Shown here one piece after another: positions 41,646 through 54,700 of a stretch of DNA of 64,000 nt. Position numbers and translations under genes: made by a program. The notes beneath the pieces were generated by a model. It ran no database searches, was not told where the DNA came from, and worked only from the letters and a program-made list of their open reading frames with translations. The stretch is from an uncultured Acidobacteriota bacterium (GTDB taxonomy: Bacteria > Acidobacteriota > UBA6911). The DNA lies in the NCBI GenBank assembly GCA_963809485.1, contig CAWEJX010000007.1, positions 256,001 through 320,000 on the forward strand. The letters run 5' to 3'. Position 1 is the stretch's first letter. Each line of letters begins with the position of its first letter.

Positions 41646-41787
41646 GAGTTTTGCGGGGCTTCCCGCACGGATCTGCCGAACATGGCAACATACTGGGATA
41701 CAGATGCGCCACCCTGAAAAAAGTGGCTGGAAATCTTCGCCACTTTTTGAGGGGGTGGTCATCTATATGAGTGTATAATGCGGCCCG

Positions 41788-42378
41788 ATGAATCAACCGC
41801 CGGATAACCGCAGGCTGGTAATGGAAGCTCGAAACGGCAGTCAGGATGCCTTTAGAGCTATTTATGAATGTTATGGAGCACGCATTCATAACTTTCTTTA
41901 TCGGCTGCTGGGATCAAAAAGCGAAGCAGAAGATGCAACCCAGCAGACTTTTTTAATCGCGCTTCACCGGCTCGGGACGCTTCGGGATCCCAATTTGCTG
42001 GAATCCTGGATTTACCGTATCGCCCGGAACGAGGTTTATCAGAAGTTCCGGCAAAAAGAGGTTGATTCGCTGGATGATGACGGCTTGAAGCCTTTTGCGG
42101 AGAGAGCCCGCGACACGCGGTTGCACGGAGAACCCGAGAAGGCTCTCCTGAATGAAGAGTTGGGCGAGGCCTTACAGTCCGCCCTGAACAGTTTGCCCCT
42201 GAAAATGCGCGAAGTTTTCATTCTGGCGGTCATTGATGAGATGAGTTACCAGGAAATCAGCGGGATCGTGGGGCGGTCGCTGCTTTCGGTGAAAACCGAT
42301 ATCTATCGCGCACGGATGATGGCTAAGGAAAAACTGAGCCGCTATACGGTAATGAGCCGGAAGATAGTGGCAACCTAG
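41788..42378 (+). CDS. ECF sigma factor (possibly leaderless)
   Basis: EAEDATQQTF, SWIYRIARN, SVKTDIYRAR; TATAAT ends 8 nt before the ATG, no SD. Confidence 0.92.
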   Translation: MNQPPDNRRLVMEARNGSQDAFRAIYECYGARIHNFLYRLLGSKSEAEDATQQTFLIALHRLGTLRDPNLLESWIYRIARNEVYQKFRQKEVDSLDDDGLKPFAERARDTRLHGEPEKALLNEELGEALQSALNSLPLKMREVFILAVIDEMSYQEISGIVGRSLLSVKTDIYRARMMAKEKLSRYTVMSRKIVAT

Positions 42379-42389
42379 AGCAAAGCATC

Positions 42390-42902
42390 ATGCAGCATAT
42401 CGAGGAAGAACAACTGTCGGCCTTCATCGACGATCAGCTTATGGGCGAGGAGATCCTTGCGGTTGAATCGCACCTGCGGGTTTGCAGCGATTGCCGGGCT
42501 GTTTTGGACGAAATGAATGCAGTGACCCTCCTGTTCCAGGAATCGGAACGCGTAGCGCCGTCGCCTTTTTTGTGGAACCGAATCTCAGCAAATCTTAATA
42601 AAAAGGATCCGGCCCGGGGTTGGGTTGCCGCTATCCTCGAGAGCTTGCATCCACACAGGCGTGGTTTAAGCGCCGCGGCTGCGGCGCTGACCCTGCTTCT
42701 GGCCGTCGGGATTACATTCCTTTACGAAAACTCCCGCCAGGTTGCCGAGCAGGCCGCACTGGCGGCTATCGACCAGACGTACAAGAACCTGGCTGCCCAG
42801 GACCCTGATGCCTATAATCCTTTTGCTTCAGGATCTCTGAACGAGCACGAAAATCCCTTCAGCAGTTTTCTTTCAGGCGGCCGCACGGCTCAGGGAAATT
42901 GA
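42390..42902 (+). CDS. Anti-sigma factor (zf-HC2 + TM)
   Basis: H...LSAFID...HLRVCSDC; TM helix. Confidence 0.88.
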   Translation: MQHIEEEQLSAFIDDQLMGEEILAVESHLRVCSDCRAVLDEMNAVTLLFQESERVAPSPFLWNRISANLNKKDPARGWVAAILESLHPHRRGLSAAAAALTLLLAVGITFLYENSRQVAEQAALAAIDQTYKNLAAQDPDAYNPFASGSLNEHENPFSSFLSGGRTAQGN

Positions 42903-42927
42903 GAAGGAGTAAGGAGGCCTAAGTCAT

Positions 42928-43386
42928 ATGAGGACCGCTTCTGCCTTCGCCATAATCATAGGCCTGCTATTCGCCGCGCCTGCCGCGCAGCCGGCTATCG
43001 ATGAAGTTTTTGCGCAAAGCGTCCAGATGGGCGTCGATCAGGCGCTGTCGATTGCGGAGAAACAGCACGAAATCGCCCGGCTCCTGATCAAGGAAGGCCG
43101 CTTCGACCGGGTCATCCCCGAGATGAAGAAGATTCTCGATCTGAATCTCCAGGGAGAATATGAACAGCCCGTGGCAAAGTCGGCCGGTTTCATCGCGTAC
43201 CTCCTGGCCGAAAACAAGCAATATTCTCTCGGCCATGAACTGCTGGATGAAACCCTGGCCAGGATGCGCCTGAGTGGAAACATCGCATCCCTTCTGAAAA
43301 TAAAGGCATACATCTACAAGGCTGAAGGGAAACTCGGGAAGGCTATCGAGACGCTGGAAAAGTCCGTGGAAATTGAGCGGCAATAA
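42928..43386 (+). CDS. Exported TPR-like protein
   Basis: Signal peptide, helical repeats, strong RBS. Confidence 0.7.
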   Translation: MRTASAFAIIIGLLFAAPAAQPAIDEVFAQSVQMGVDQALSIAEKQHEIARLLIKEGRFDRVIPEMKKILDLNLQGEYEQPVAKSAGFIAYLLAENKQYSLGHELLDETLARMRLSGNIASLLKIKAYIYKAEGKLGKAIETLEKSVEIERQ

Positions 43387-43514
43387 ACGCTGCGTCGATG
43401 AGTATGCGCTTATCACCCATCCCCCACCCACATACTCTCGTTTCGCGTAAATCGCGATTTAACTCTATTTTGCATGTTATACGAATTTTGTGGGCATTGG
43501 ATCCAAAGAAGCCT

Positions 43515-43740
43515 GAAGCCGGAAAATGGAGCCAGGCCGCGTAGCGGCCAGCTGAATTTAGCCAGGCCTTTTTAAGGCCTGGATCTAAGCGAGTTGGGTT
43601 TTCCGTCGCGTAGCGACGGTTGAATCTCAGGCGTCGCTACGCGACGCTCTGTTCCCAATACCATGGCTCCCGGCCTTGAAAGGCCGGGCTAAAATCATGT
43701 CGCCGCTACGCGGCGCAAACCATTTTCGGAGCAGAAGCTA
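43515..43740 (+). mobile_element. MITE/REPIN-like element, copy 2 (one end missing)
   Basis: Same palindrome series as 26416-26640. Confidence 0.8.
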
Positions 43741-43950
43741 ATTAAGGATTCCTGATTCTGACTCCTGGCTTCTCATTATTAAGGCTAAATATATTTGCGG
43801 AACTCAACGATATGTCGGTTGAGCCTAAATATAATCAGGAGTGGGAGAAAGAGGAGAATGTGCAAATTTTTCCCTTGCTCCTGAGGGCTGACAGGTTACA
43901 GAATAGGAAAGCTTGACTTGCGCATTTCGTTTCCTGTTTTGGGATTGCCA

Positions 43951-45442
43951 ATGAAGAGGGTGGTGTTTTGTTCGTGCAGGGGTGGCGGCTTCAGGCTATT
44001 GCGCCTGGCTGTTTGCCTTATTCCTTTACTGTTCTCCGGCTGTTTTGATGAACAGTCGCCGATGGAAAAGTCGGCGAAGGGGAACGTTTTGGGAATATCG
44101 GCCATAAGCCGTTTTTTCACCTTTGGCCGGACTGTATCCACCGCAAACCCGGAATCAGGTGCTGCCGCTGAAGATCCCGGATCTTTTGTGGGCGGTTTTT
44201 CGGGCCTATCGGATTCTGCCGAAGGAATTCCCGAACTGAGCATCGCGATGCCGGAATATCTCGGCGAGGCTCCGGGCGATTTGGCAGGCGTATTCCAGCC
44301 TGTCCGGGAGTCAATTGCGCTGCCCGACGCGACTTCCGGCAAAAAGGAATCCAATATTTCGTCCATCGCTTCGTTTGTGCTTAACAGCCCTTTCAACCAG
44401 CTCTTCTCCTCGCTTTTCCAGTCGGCGAAGAGCGACGACGCCGCTACGTCCGGAAAGGACGATCCTCCGAATCCGTTCACGGAAGCCAGGCAGAAGCATG
44501 CGGCTTCGGCCGATTCTTCGGCTTCGGGCACAAAAGCGGATACCCAGGCGGATAAAAAGTCAGAGACGCAGTCATCGTCCGAAACCTCAAAGGCGGAATC
44601 GGCCGATTCCGCCAACGGTGCCCTCCGGCTCGGGAGCCGCGGCAGCCGCCTGGTTCACCATCATCGGCGACTTCGACGGTTCCGGAACGCTCCAGGCGAT
44701 TCCGGCCAGGCGCATCAGTGACACGGGATTTATCTCTGAAGACGGGGAGCGCGATTTCAGTCTCCACATAAATCCTGCGGCTGCTCAGCAGCAACGCTCC
44801 TTCTATATTGACGACTTGAACGCTGATGAAACTCCTGACCTCCTTGTTACGGGCAGGATATCCTTGTTCGGGGTTGTGCTGCTGGGAGACGGCAAAGGTG
44901 GCTATAAACTGGTCGACAGCTTTTTGACAGGATTTGAACCTGTTGTGCCAAGCGCGGGACCATTTCGAGACGGCTACCGGGATATCCTGACAGTCAACAC
45001 CCGTACGGGCGTGCTGATGACGTGGCATGCCACGGATCGATACCGCTTATCTCAAACGGAGGAACTGTCTTTCGTGCCCGATTACGTCCTGCACCTTGTG
45101 GCACAGGACACGGCCGCGGAGTTCCTCATGGCTGCGCGGGTTGGAGGCGAAGAGCGGATACTGAGCTGGTCGGATGACAGCCGCCTCCGGGCGACGGCCC
45201 AAACGTTGCCTGCGGAAGCCCTTGCTTTAAAAATCGATTTGGGCTCAGATTCGTTGAGGGCCTACCAGGTAGGAGATTACGCCTCGATCGTTCTGACCAG
45301 CCAGGGCCAGTCCTTCAACGTCGCCAATCTGCGTTTGTTCCCCCGGGTATTCCTGGTGATCGGCGACCTGCAGCACCGCGGCAAAACCGATGTAGCCGTG
45401 GGAAATCTGCAGTCCTTCACCCCATCCCAAAAAGGCCGCTGA
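43951..45442 (+). CDS. Lipoprotein with FG-GAP/VCBS-like motifs; frameshift near 44.6 kb
   Basis: Lipobox LFSGC; GDFDGSG, DDLNADETPDL, LGDGKGG. Confidence 0.6.
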
Positions 45443-45792
45443 TAAAAACCGCCGGCAGATCCCCTGCGCAATTTATCATTGTCTTTTCTCACGCGGAGAC
45501 GCGGAGACCGCGGAGGATAAAATTGTTTTCTCCGCGGCCTCCGCGTGAGGAAGATATATTCCTGCCAGGCAGCGCATTGTTTTATCTTCAAATTCTGTGA
45601 TACAAACACCCAGCTTTTTGTTATTTTGGCAAATTTTTTGATCTGCGCGCCTGCGGACGGCTTTACAAGCCGTCCGCATAACGGCGCGGCCGTCTTGCGA
45701 ATTTGCATTTATTTGGTTGCGGCCACCCGGCCGCGCCGCGTAATCTTTTGGCAGGTTTTTTCCTTGCCGAAAAATCCTGAAAAAGGGAATTC

Positions 45793-46583
45793 ATGAGCGT
45801 CGTAGTCGGATTTAACAAATCTGCTCCATCCAAAGGCCTTCAGCGCGTGCAGGCTACGTACACGGTCCGGGAGATTAGCCGCCAATTCGGCCTCAGCGAG
45901 CAGTCGATCCGCCGATGGACGCGCGAGGGTGTGATTCCGGCCGCATCCGCCTCAATGGAAGAGGATCCGCGCTATGATTTTCAGGCTCTTACGGTTTTCC
46001 GCCGTGTCCGTGAAATGAGGAGCCGCGGGCTTACGGCGCGTCAGATCGAGGCCGAGCTTCACGGACAACTCAGTTTATTCCCTGAAAAGGGGGGCGGCTT
46101 ATTCAGCTGCCCATCCGTTTGAGCCCATTTGAAGAAGCGCTGCTGTTGCACGAGAAGGGGGACAAGAGGGCTACCGAAATGTATGCAAAAGCCATCCTCC
46201 GCGGGGAGTGCACGGCGGACGCCTACTGCAACCTCGGCATTCTCGACTATGAGGAGAACAACATACCCGGCGCATTTGATCACTTCACCAACGCGCTCCG
46301 GCACGATCCGCGGCACTTCGAGGCGCACTTTAATCTGGCGCATCTTTACTTCGAAGCCGGCGATTTCCGGCTTGCCCGCCTCCATTACGAAATATCCGCA
46401 GTCATAGAACCCCGGTCGGCGAGCGTGCATTTCAACCTGGGGCTCGTGCACGCCATCGATGGAAACCTGGTTGCGGCGATTGCATCGCTCGGCAGGGCTA
46501 AGGAAAATGCCACAGAAGAGGAGTTGACCCAGGTCAACGAGCTTCTATCCAGCCTGTTGAACGCAAAGGACGATCTAAAGTAA
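45793..46583 (+). CDS. MerR-type HTH + TPR protein; frameshift in a G-run
   Basis: YTVREISRQFGLSEQSIRRW; TPRs (AYCNLG, AHFNLA); G6 at 46089-46094 restores the frame if G7. Confidence 0.8.
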
Positions 46584-47214
46584 AAGGGGGACAGTCACGA
46601 ATGTCCCCTTTGAGAGGCACACGGGCGGAGTTCTGCCCTGCTCTCCTGCCCAAAGGGGACACTGGTGACTGTCCGCCTTTTGCTACTCTCTGGGCCATGC
46701 GAGCTTCTCTTTCGCGCGTCAGATGCGGAACGATCCCGAGGAGGCGCTCGATCAGCATCAGCTGTCCGCGATGGTGCATCTCGTGCTCCTTGACGGAAAG
46801 GATCATTTCCAGCCGGCTTTTGTATGCGGGCGTGGCTCCTTCCGGCATGTTGAACCTCTGACCGAGGAATTCATCGGATACCCCGTCGACCCAGCCGGCC
46901 CATTTCTCGCCTTCCTTGCGCAATAAATCGATGATCTCGGCTTTGGTTCTGGGTTGCCCCTCCTCCGCCATGACCTGTTTCATCATAGAAGTGAAATCGA
47001 GGCCGTCATAGGACGTTCGCTTTTCGACGGCATGCAGCTGATATTGGAAGCGGCTCGCCAAAGCAATATGAGTCAGCAGTTGGGCCACGCTGCGATATTC
47101 CGGCACAGGCTTAAAACCATATTTGTCCTCCGGAATATCCTGGGCTATGAGAATAGTGTTCCCACGCACGGTCCGGCTGCTTGCAGCAAGTTCCTTCGCA
47201 CCATAATACACCAT
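46534..47214 (-). CDS. DinB family protein
   Basis: FKP...SVAQLLTHIA and HEMHHRGQL. Confidence 0.88.
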   Translation of the reverse strand: MVYYGAKELAASSRTVRGNTILIAQDIPEDKYGFKPVPEYRSVAQLLTHIALASRFQYQLHAVEKRTSYDGLDFTSMMKQVMAEEGQPRTKAEIIDLLRKEGEKWAGWVDGVSDEFLGQRFNMPEGATPAYKSRLEMILSVKEHEMHHRGQLMLIERLLGIVPHLTREREARMAQRVAKGGQSPVSPLGRRAGQNSARVPLKGDIRDCPPFTLDRPLRSTGWIEAR

Positions 47215-47331
47215 ACTCAACTCTCCTTTTGAGATACATCACTGACTTGGATGATATTATACCTATCACCTGTAATGGGGATTCAATTCGTCAATCGTCA
47301 TTCGCAATTCGTAATTACAAGGAGGTGCACC

Positions 47332-48356
47332 ATGCCAATCCCTGAAACAATGCACGCCATGGTCCTCGAGGCGCCCGGAAGTTCCCTGGTTTGCCGCGAG
47401 ATGCCGGTGCCGCAGCCGGGCCCGGATCAGGTTCTGATCAAGGTTCATGCCTGCGGCGTATGCCGGACAGACCTGCACGTAGTGGACGGCGAGTTGCCGG
47501 ATCCCAAACTGCCGATCGTGCCGGGGCATGAAATCGTCGGAAGCGTCGTGGAAACCGGCGCGAAGGTAAAGTCCATAAAGACCGGCGACAGGATCGGGGT
47601 CCCTTGGCTGGGGTATACGTGCGGCAAATGCACCTTTTGCCGGACCGGCCGGGAAAATCTGTGCGACAGTCCGAAATTCACGGGATATACGCTCGACGGC
47701 GGCTATGCCGAATACACGGTTGCCGACACACGATACTGCTTCCCGCTGCCGGAGGGTTACAGCGATACTGCCGCGGCGCCTCTGCTGTGCGCCGGATTGA
47801 TCGGATACCGTTCTTACCGTATGGCGGGAGAATGCGCAGCGCCTGGGAATCTACGGTTTCGGGGGCGCAGCGCACATCGTCGCCCAGGTGCCGTTTACCA
47901 GCACCGGCACGTCTTTGCTTTCACGCGGCCCGGGGATACCGCCGCGCAGAAATTCGCTCTCCGGTTAGGGGCGGTCTGGGCGGGAGATTCGACCGAAATG
48001 CCGCCGGAACCGCTGGATGCCGCAATTATTTTCGCGCCCGTAGGCTCGCTGCTTCCGGCTGCTCTCCGTGCCACTATCAAAGGAGGCACGGTTATTTGCG
48101 GGGGCATTCACATGAGCGATATTCCAAGCTTCCCTACAGCCTGCTCTGGGAAGAGAGAACGGTCCGTTCCGTGGCAAACCTGACGCGCGAAGACGGCGAG
48201 GAACTTCTCGCGATCGCTCCGAAGGTTCCCGTAAAAACCGAGGTGGAGGTTTTTCCGCTGACCGAAGCAAATGAAGCCCTGGCCCGTTTGCGCGAAGGCA
48301 ACCTGCAGGGCGCCGCTGTGCTAATTACGAATTACGAATTACGAATTACGAATTGA
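47332..48356 (+). CDS. Zinc-dependent alcohol dehydrogenase family protein; frameshifted
   Basis: CGVCRTDLH, GHEIVG, CGKCTFC...C, APLLCAGLIG; GIYGFG motif lies in a shifted frame. Confidence 0.9.
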
Positions 48357-48487
48357 AAAATACGGTGTGGGGCATTATCAGCAGCCGGGTTTTCTTTCCA
48401 AGCCCCGGGACGGTCTTAGCCCTCACACCGCAAATCACCCACAACCCGGCCGTATGATTTCATTCGTAATTCGTCATTCGTAATTCG
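48322..48487. repeat. Inverted pair of heptamer arrays between convergent adh and metK
   Basis: (AATTACG)x4 at 48323-48350 facing ATTCGTAATTCGTCATTCGTAATTCG; a further array at 47284-47317. Confidence 0.75.
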
Positions 48488-48489
48488 GT

Positions 48490-49629
48490 TTACTCTTCCC
48501 ACGGCAAACCGGGTTTGCCGAAATGGCCGTAGTTCGTCGTTTGACGGTAATGGGGCGGAGCATCTTGAAACGCTCGATAATCGCCGCCGGACGGAAATCC
48601 AGTCTTGACAAATTCGGCCGCCACCTGGCATCCCCGGTTCCGAACGTATCCACTTTGACCGACAGAGGATGCGCCTCGCCTATGGCGTAGGAAATCTGGA
48701 TTTCCGCCTTGCTCGCCAGTTTCTGTCTTGACCAGTTGTCGCGCGATATAGCGGCAAGAAATACGCCCCGCTGCGGTCCACTTTGGAGGGGTCCTTGCCG
48801 CTGAATGCGCCTCCGCCGTGTCGACCGACCCGCCGTAGGTATCCACGATTATTTTTCTTCCGGTTACACCGGCATCGGCAGAGGGACCGCCATGGATGAA
48901 ACTTCCGGTGGGATTGACATGAAAACGAATCTTCTTCGTGAACCAGTCGCCGAGCACACGCGGCGCCAGGGATCCAGTCACGTAAGCAATGATAGCTTCA
49001 CGGGTGAGATTGGGAGCATGCTGCGGGGAGACAATCACATTCGTAACCGCAATCGGTTTGTTGTCCTTCATAAACGACCGAAACCTGCGTTTTCCCGTCG
49101 GGCCGCAGCCAGGGCGCTGTGCCGTTTTTGCGATCTTCGGCTAATCCCCTGGCCAAGCCGGTGGGCCAGCAGAATCGGCAGCGGCATCAGCTCGGGAGTC
49201 TCGTCCGTGGCATAGCCGAACATGATTCCCTGATCGCCGGCTCCCTGTTCGTGTTCGACATTCTGCTCGAGGTTCACTCCCTGCGCAATTTCAGGGATTG
49301 CCTGGACACAAACTGAAGACGTTGACGCCGTCGGCGTTGAATGCAGCGGATGGATCGGCATAACCGATTTCATCGAATGGCCTGACGGGCAACGGCTTCA
49401 TGATCCACGATACTCTTGGATGTAATTTCCCCGCGATGACGACGGAATTCTTCTTTGCAGAGCACTTCGCAGGCAACCCGGCTCCTGGGATCCTTCTGCA
49501 GATAGGCGTCGAGGATTGAATCCGCGATATAGTCGCACACCTTGTCCGGGTGCCCTTCGGTCACCGATTCGGAGGTAAACATGTGTATTGGCCTGCGGAA
49601 GGATTTTCAACAGCACGGGTTTTAGTCAT
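48490..49629 (-). CDS. metK: S-adenosylmethionine synthetase; multiple frameshifts
   Basis: [44 protein letters not shown]...PWE. Confidence 0.93.
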
Positions 49630-49805
49630 CGATGGTTGCTCCAGATTCTATAATGGTCTCTCGATCCAGGCTTCCTCGGATCGTTCCGGGACCACACTAT
49701 TGTCTATACTTTGAAGTGCATGTCAAGGATAGCCGATCCATGGCAAACAGCAAAAGATGCCACAGATTGAGCAGATTTTACAGTTAAAATAAGCAGGAGG
49801 GCAAA

Positions 49806-50710
49806 GTGTTCAATTCAAAGGAAGCCGCCGCAGGCGTTTGATGGAACAGCCGATGCCGGCCGAGTGGAGCGCCATCGTCCGGCGAAGAATCCGCTATATT
49901 TCACCTCCTGCCGGCGGAAAATCAGGAACTGCTCGAGGCGTTCATAAGGGTTTTCCTTGATGAGAAACCCTTCGAGGGCTGCGCCGACCTGGAGATCAGC
50001 GACGAGATCCGGCTGACCATCGCCGGCTATGCATGCGTCCTGCTGCTGGGCGGCCGAGCGATATGTATCCCAAACTCCGCACGATACTCGTGTATCCCCG
50101 CGCCTACCTGGCTCCGCATACCAGCCATGGGCCTGGAGGCATCATCAGTGAAGGCCTTCAAGGACGCTCCGGCGAATCCTGGTCGATGGGAAATATCGTG
50201 CTGTCCTGGGAGGATGTCTTGAGAGACGCGGGAAATCCCCGAAAAGGGCGGAATGTGGTTTTTCACGAATTCGCCCATCAGCTCGACTATGAGTCGGGTT
50301 CTGCCCAGGGGGCACCGGTTTTACCGCGCGGTACCAGCTATTCGGATTGGGCGAGGGTGTTTGAACGGGAATACGAAGCGCTGATCGATTCCGCGGAGGA
50401 AGGCAGGCTGAGTGTACTGGATAAATACGGCGCGACAAATCCCGCGGAGTTCTTCGCCGTCGCAACCGAGTGTTTTTTTCTGAAATCTGCGGATCTCGAA
50501 TCGAATCATCCGGAGCTTTACCGGCAGTTGAAGTTATACCGGCAGGACCCTATACGATATTTCCAGCCTCAAGCTGATCTAAATCAAGTTGTCAGCGTTC
50601 CTCAGCGCTTTTGTCAGCGTATGTCAGCGTTACCAATCCAGGAGCTGTCAAGCTTTGTTGGTCCTCCCAAAAACCGGGCCAATAATGTGATCTGGAATAC
50701 AAATCCCTGA
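49806..50710 (+). CDS. MtfA-like zinc peptidase (M90); frameshifted, 3' end uncertain
   Basis: NVVFHEFAHQLD, YGATNPAEFFAVATECFF; AGGAGG before GTG 49806. Confidence 0.85.
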
Positions 50711-51723
50711 ACAATATATTCAATATATTCGATCTTCTCGACCAGAACCTCTTCCGATCACTCACTCACAGCATTTGGAAGCATGAATTCCGGATCCGCA
50801 CAAATCCATTGATTGGGATTCAAAGGACCGTAACTCCCATATGCGATGAGCTTTTCAATAGGATGGCGAAAGAGGATATATCTGCTTTACTGCCTAATGG
50901 GATGGCAGTTCTCCAGGACTGTCCGACGGACGTTCACAGTTTAAGCAGAAGGTATCCGAAAAGCATTCCTCCCCCGGCCAATTCTCACATCCCGCTGCAA
51001 AGTATTGTGAATAATTCAGATAATCCATTGAAACATTCTCGCTAATGCCTATATCATTATTATCATTCACCGGCGCGTTTCCCGAAAACCTCTACCTTTC
51101 GGCCACCAATTTGCTCCTGGCGAAACAGCTGAGTCCGGGGACCTCCCGCCAAAGATGGGAAAGCTGGCGGCAAAATCATTATTGAAGTCGTCCGCATACA
51201 TTCCGATAAGAATATGCTGGGCGGTGATTATTCGCCTTACACGGTGTTTTGTAGCTAAAGAAAGCCCAGAAAGGGAAGGCCATTTGCATTCAGAAATTTG
51301 GATATCTCTCAGGAAAAACCGTAATATCGGCATCCTGAAACAGGATATCAGTGGCCCCAAGAATTCCGATAAAAATTGCTATTCCATTTTTATAGAATAG
51401 GTTACAATCAGCTCCGCAAGACAGCAATGAGTTGTTTTTTTTGGCTCAATAATTGCTTTTCAACAGCGGGGTATTTTAGTATCGAATTTTATTGGTACGG
51501 AAACATCCGGCACAGGCTCCTTCATGAGCATGCGGAGGGAGTGTTGTTAGCGGAGCGTTTTGGCATTTCAACGCAAGCTATATTTGTTTGCTTTGGCAAT
51601 CGATAGTCAGCTTTCAAACGATGCGGCTTTTATTGGAAACCTGAATGCGGACAAACGCAGGCGGATTTCCAATAAAGCAGATGCATTGAAGATTCCAACA
51701 AAGAGCACGAAGGAGGGCTACAG

Positions 51724-54700
51724 ATGATGTTTTTCAGAGTTAGAAATTCCATGAATCCCGTACGGTATGTGCTTGCGGCGTTCATGGTGTTTTTGCTGTG
51801 CGGGATGGCGATGGCGCAGCAGGAGACGGGGCAGATTTCCGGAACCATCAAAGATCCGTCCGGTGCGGTAGTTCCGGATGTCGCCGTGCAGGTGCGTAGC
51901 GTGGCTACATCTCAGGAGCGCACGGCGACCACGAGCGGCTCCGGATCTTACACTGTCACGAACCTGCTTCCCGGCAACTATTCCGTCACGGTATCCAAAG
52001 CCGGATTCACACGGCCAAGATGCAGGTCGAGGTCAATGTCGGCGGCAAGTCAACCGCGGACTTCACCCTTGCGGTCGGCTCGTCCGCCACGACCATCGAG
52101 AGTGGTCGGCGGGGCGGTCGAGCAGGTAAACGTCGAAACGCAGGTGTTGATGGATGTCGTCAACGACGAAGCAGGTAGAGAATCTTCCGACCCTGACGCG
52201 CAATCCGTACGATCTTGTGGCCATCGGCGGCAACGTCGCTCCGGCCGATCCCGACGGCACGACCGCGGAACGGGCTATTCAATCAACGGACAGCGCTCGG
52301 CCAGCACGAACATGCTTCTCGACGGTTCGGACAATAACGACAGTTTTACGGCGACTGTGGGGCAGTCCGTGCCTCTCGATTCGGTTCAGGAGTTCAGCGT
52401 CGTGTCGAGCAGCTTCACCGCCGAATACGGACGTGCCAGCGGCGGCGTGATCAACGTGGCGACGAAATCGGGAAGCAACAGCTTCCATGGATCGCCTACG
52501 AGTTCAACCGCGTCTCCGCGCTCGCGTCCAACGGTTTTGACAACAACGCCTATGAAATCCGAAAGGGGTCTTTACGCGCAACCAGTTCGGGTACTCGATC
52601 GGCGGTCCGATCGTCAAGGACAAGCTATTCTTCTTCAACAATACCGAATGGTTCCGCGTCCGGAGCGGGTCGACCACAACCGCGCTTGTACCGACCTCGC
52701 AGCTGATAGCCGCATCCGCTCCGGCGACGCAGGATTTCTTCAAGCCTACGGCACGTTGAAGAGCGGCTTGATATTGGGAAAACCTATACAAGGGTGAAAT
52801 CCCCGACCTCTGTCCCGCAGGCTGGGCTCTGTGCGAGCCTCTCTCCCACCACGCCCGTCTGGCAAACCGTGAGCTATCCGGTTCCGGCCGATGCCGGTGG
52901 CGGAGATCCGCGAAATGAGTACCAGACCGTCGCCCGGGTCGACTACAACATGAGTCCGAACACGACGATCTACGGCCGCTATGCGCTCCAGAAGCCAGGA
53001 TGCCTTTGCGGGAACCAACGCCGAAAGCCCCTATCAGGGATTTGATGCCGGATACACCACGTTCAACCAGAACTATCTCCTTTCGGTGACACACACGTTC
53101 AGCCCCAGGCTGGTATCGCAGTCAAAGGTCGTCTTTAACCGCCTGAATCAGCTGCAGCCGCTCGGCGAGCAGCCGGCCACCAATACCTTGTATCTGACCG
53201 GCGGCACCGCGTCTATTCTGGGAATTCAGACGGCTCTGCCCGGCTATCTGCCCTACACCCCCGGCAGCGCCATACCCTTCGGAGGCCCGCAGAACCTGGG
53301 CCAGCTCTATGAGGACGTCAGCTGGATCAAGGGGAACCACACCTTCCGCTTCGGCGGTTCCTACATTTACCTCCGGGACAACCGGGCCTTCGGCGCCTAC
53401 GCGTACGCGGTGGAGCAGCTGGGGAAAAACCTTGCCTCAGGAATGGAGAATTTCCTGAAAGGCCAACTCGTTAACTACACTGCTGCCGTCTATCCGCAGG
53501 GCAAGTATCCTGGAGATACGGTGACCTGCCGGTCGGGCCGCCCGACTTCACGCGCAGCAACCGCTACCACGATTTCGCGCTTTTACGGCCAGGACACCTG
53601 GCGCTTAGGCTCCGGGCTAACCTTGAACCTGGGCTTGCGCTGGGAATACTATCGGCGTGCAGCACAACAAGGATCCCAAGAAGGATTCGAACTTCTACCT
53701 GGGCAGCGGGCCCTCCATGGAAGAGCGGATCAAGAATGGACAAGTCATGCTGGCTCCCGACAGCCCCTACGGCGGGCTCTGGGCCAAGGATCTCAACAAC
53801 CTCGGCCCCCGCGTCGGCATTGCCTGGGATGTTTCGGCAACGGCAAGACAAGCCTCCGCGGCGGCTACGGCATCAGCTACGAGCGGAACTTCGGCAACGT
53901 CACCTTCAACGTGATTCAGAATCCGCCGAACTATGCACGGTGTCGATCCTTCCCGGCCGATGTGGGGGGAATATCCTCCCATCTATACGGCGCCGGCTCG
54001 GTCCGCTCGCGGGATCCACGGGATCGAAGATTCTCCGCGCGCCAGCCTCCGGGCCGTCGACGAGAATATCAAGAAATGCCTATGCCCACTACCTGGAGCG
54101 TGGCTCTGGGAGCAGGAGATCGCCGCGCAACACGGTCTTCAGCCTGGAGTACAGCGGTTCGAAAGGCGTAGGCCTCTATGGATCACCAGAGAGAACATGC
54201 CGGGCTCGTGGAATGCTTACACCAAGACTGTGGGTTCGGTTGGGCGGAGAGGCATCATACCTGAACCCCAGTACAGCGGTTATCAACTACCGTACGGCAG
54301 GCGGCTTTTCGCGCTACCACGCCATGATCGCCGGCTTGAGGAGCCGGGATCTTTTCAGCAAGGGCCTGCAGTTCGAGGTCAATTACACCTGGGCACATTC
54401 GATCGACAACCTGAGTTCAACCTTCAGCGAATCGCTCGAACAACTTCAATCTGGGATTCCTCGATCCGCGCAATCCCGAGCTTGACACCGGCGACGCCGA
54501 TTTCGACGTCCGCCACCGGGTAGCGCATCAGCGCCATCTGGGACATCCCGTTTGCCCGCAACCTCGGCGGGGTCGGCGAAGACCAGGTCCTGGACGGCTG
54601 GAGCCTTGGCTCCCATCATCCACTTCCGCACCGGGACGCCGTTCACCATCTTCGACTGCACCAACGGTTACTACATGTGCAACCGTATGCTGATCGTGAA

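Noticed and set aside
46086-46097. Phase variation or programmed frameshift in MerR-TPR
   Set aside because: The G6 run is short and lies in a block with many indels; sequencing error is more parsimonious.
49590-49690. SAM-I riboswitch upstream of metK (ATCGAGAG...GCAACC...GTGC)
   Set aside because: No P2 or pseudoknot pairing visible; the stretch is better explained as RBS plus N-terminal coding sequence. An Rfam scan would settle it.
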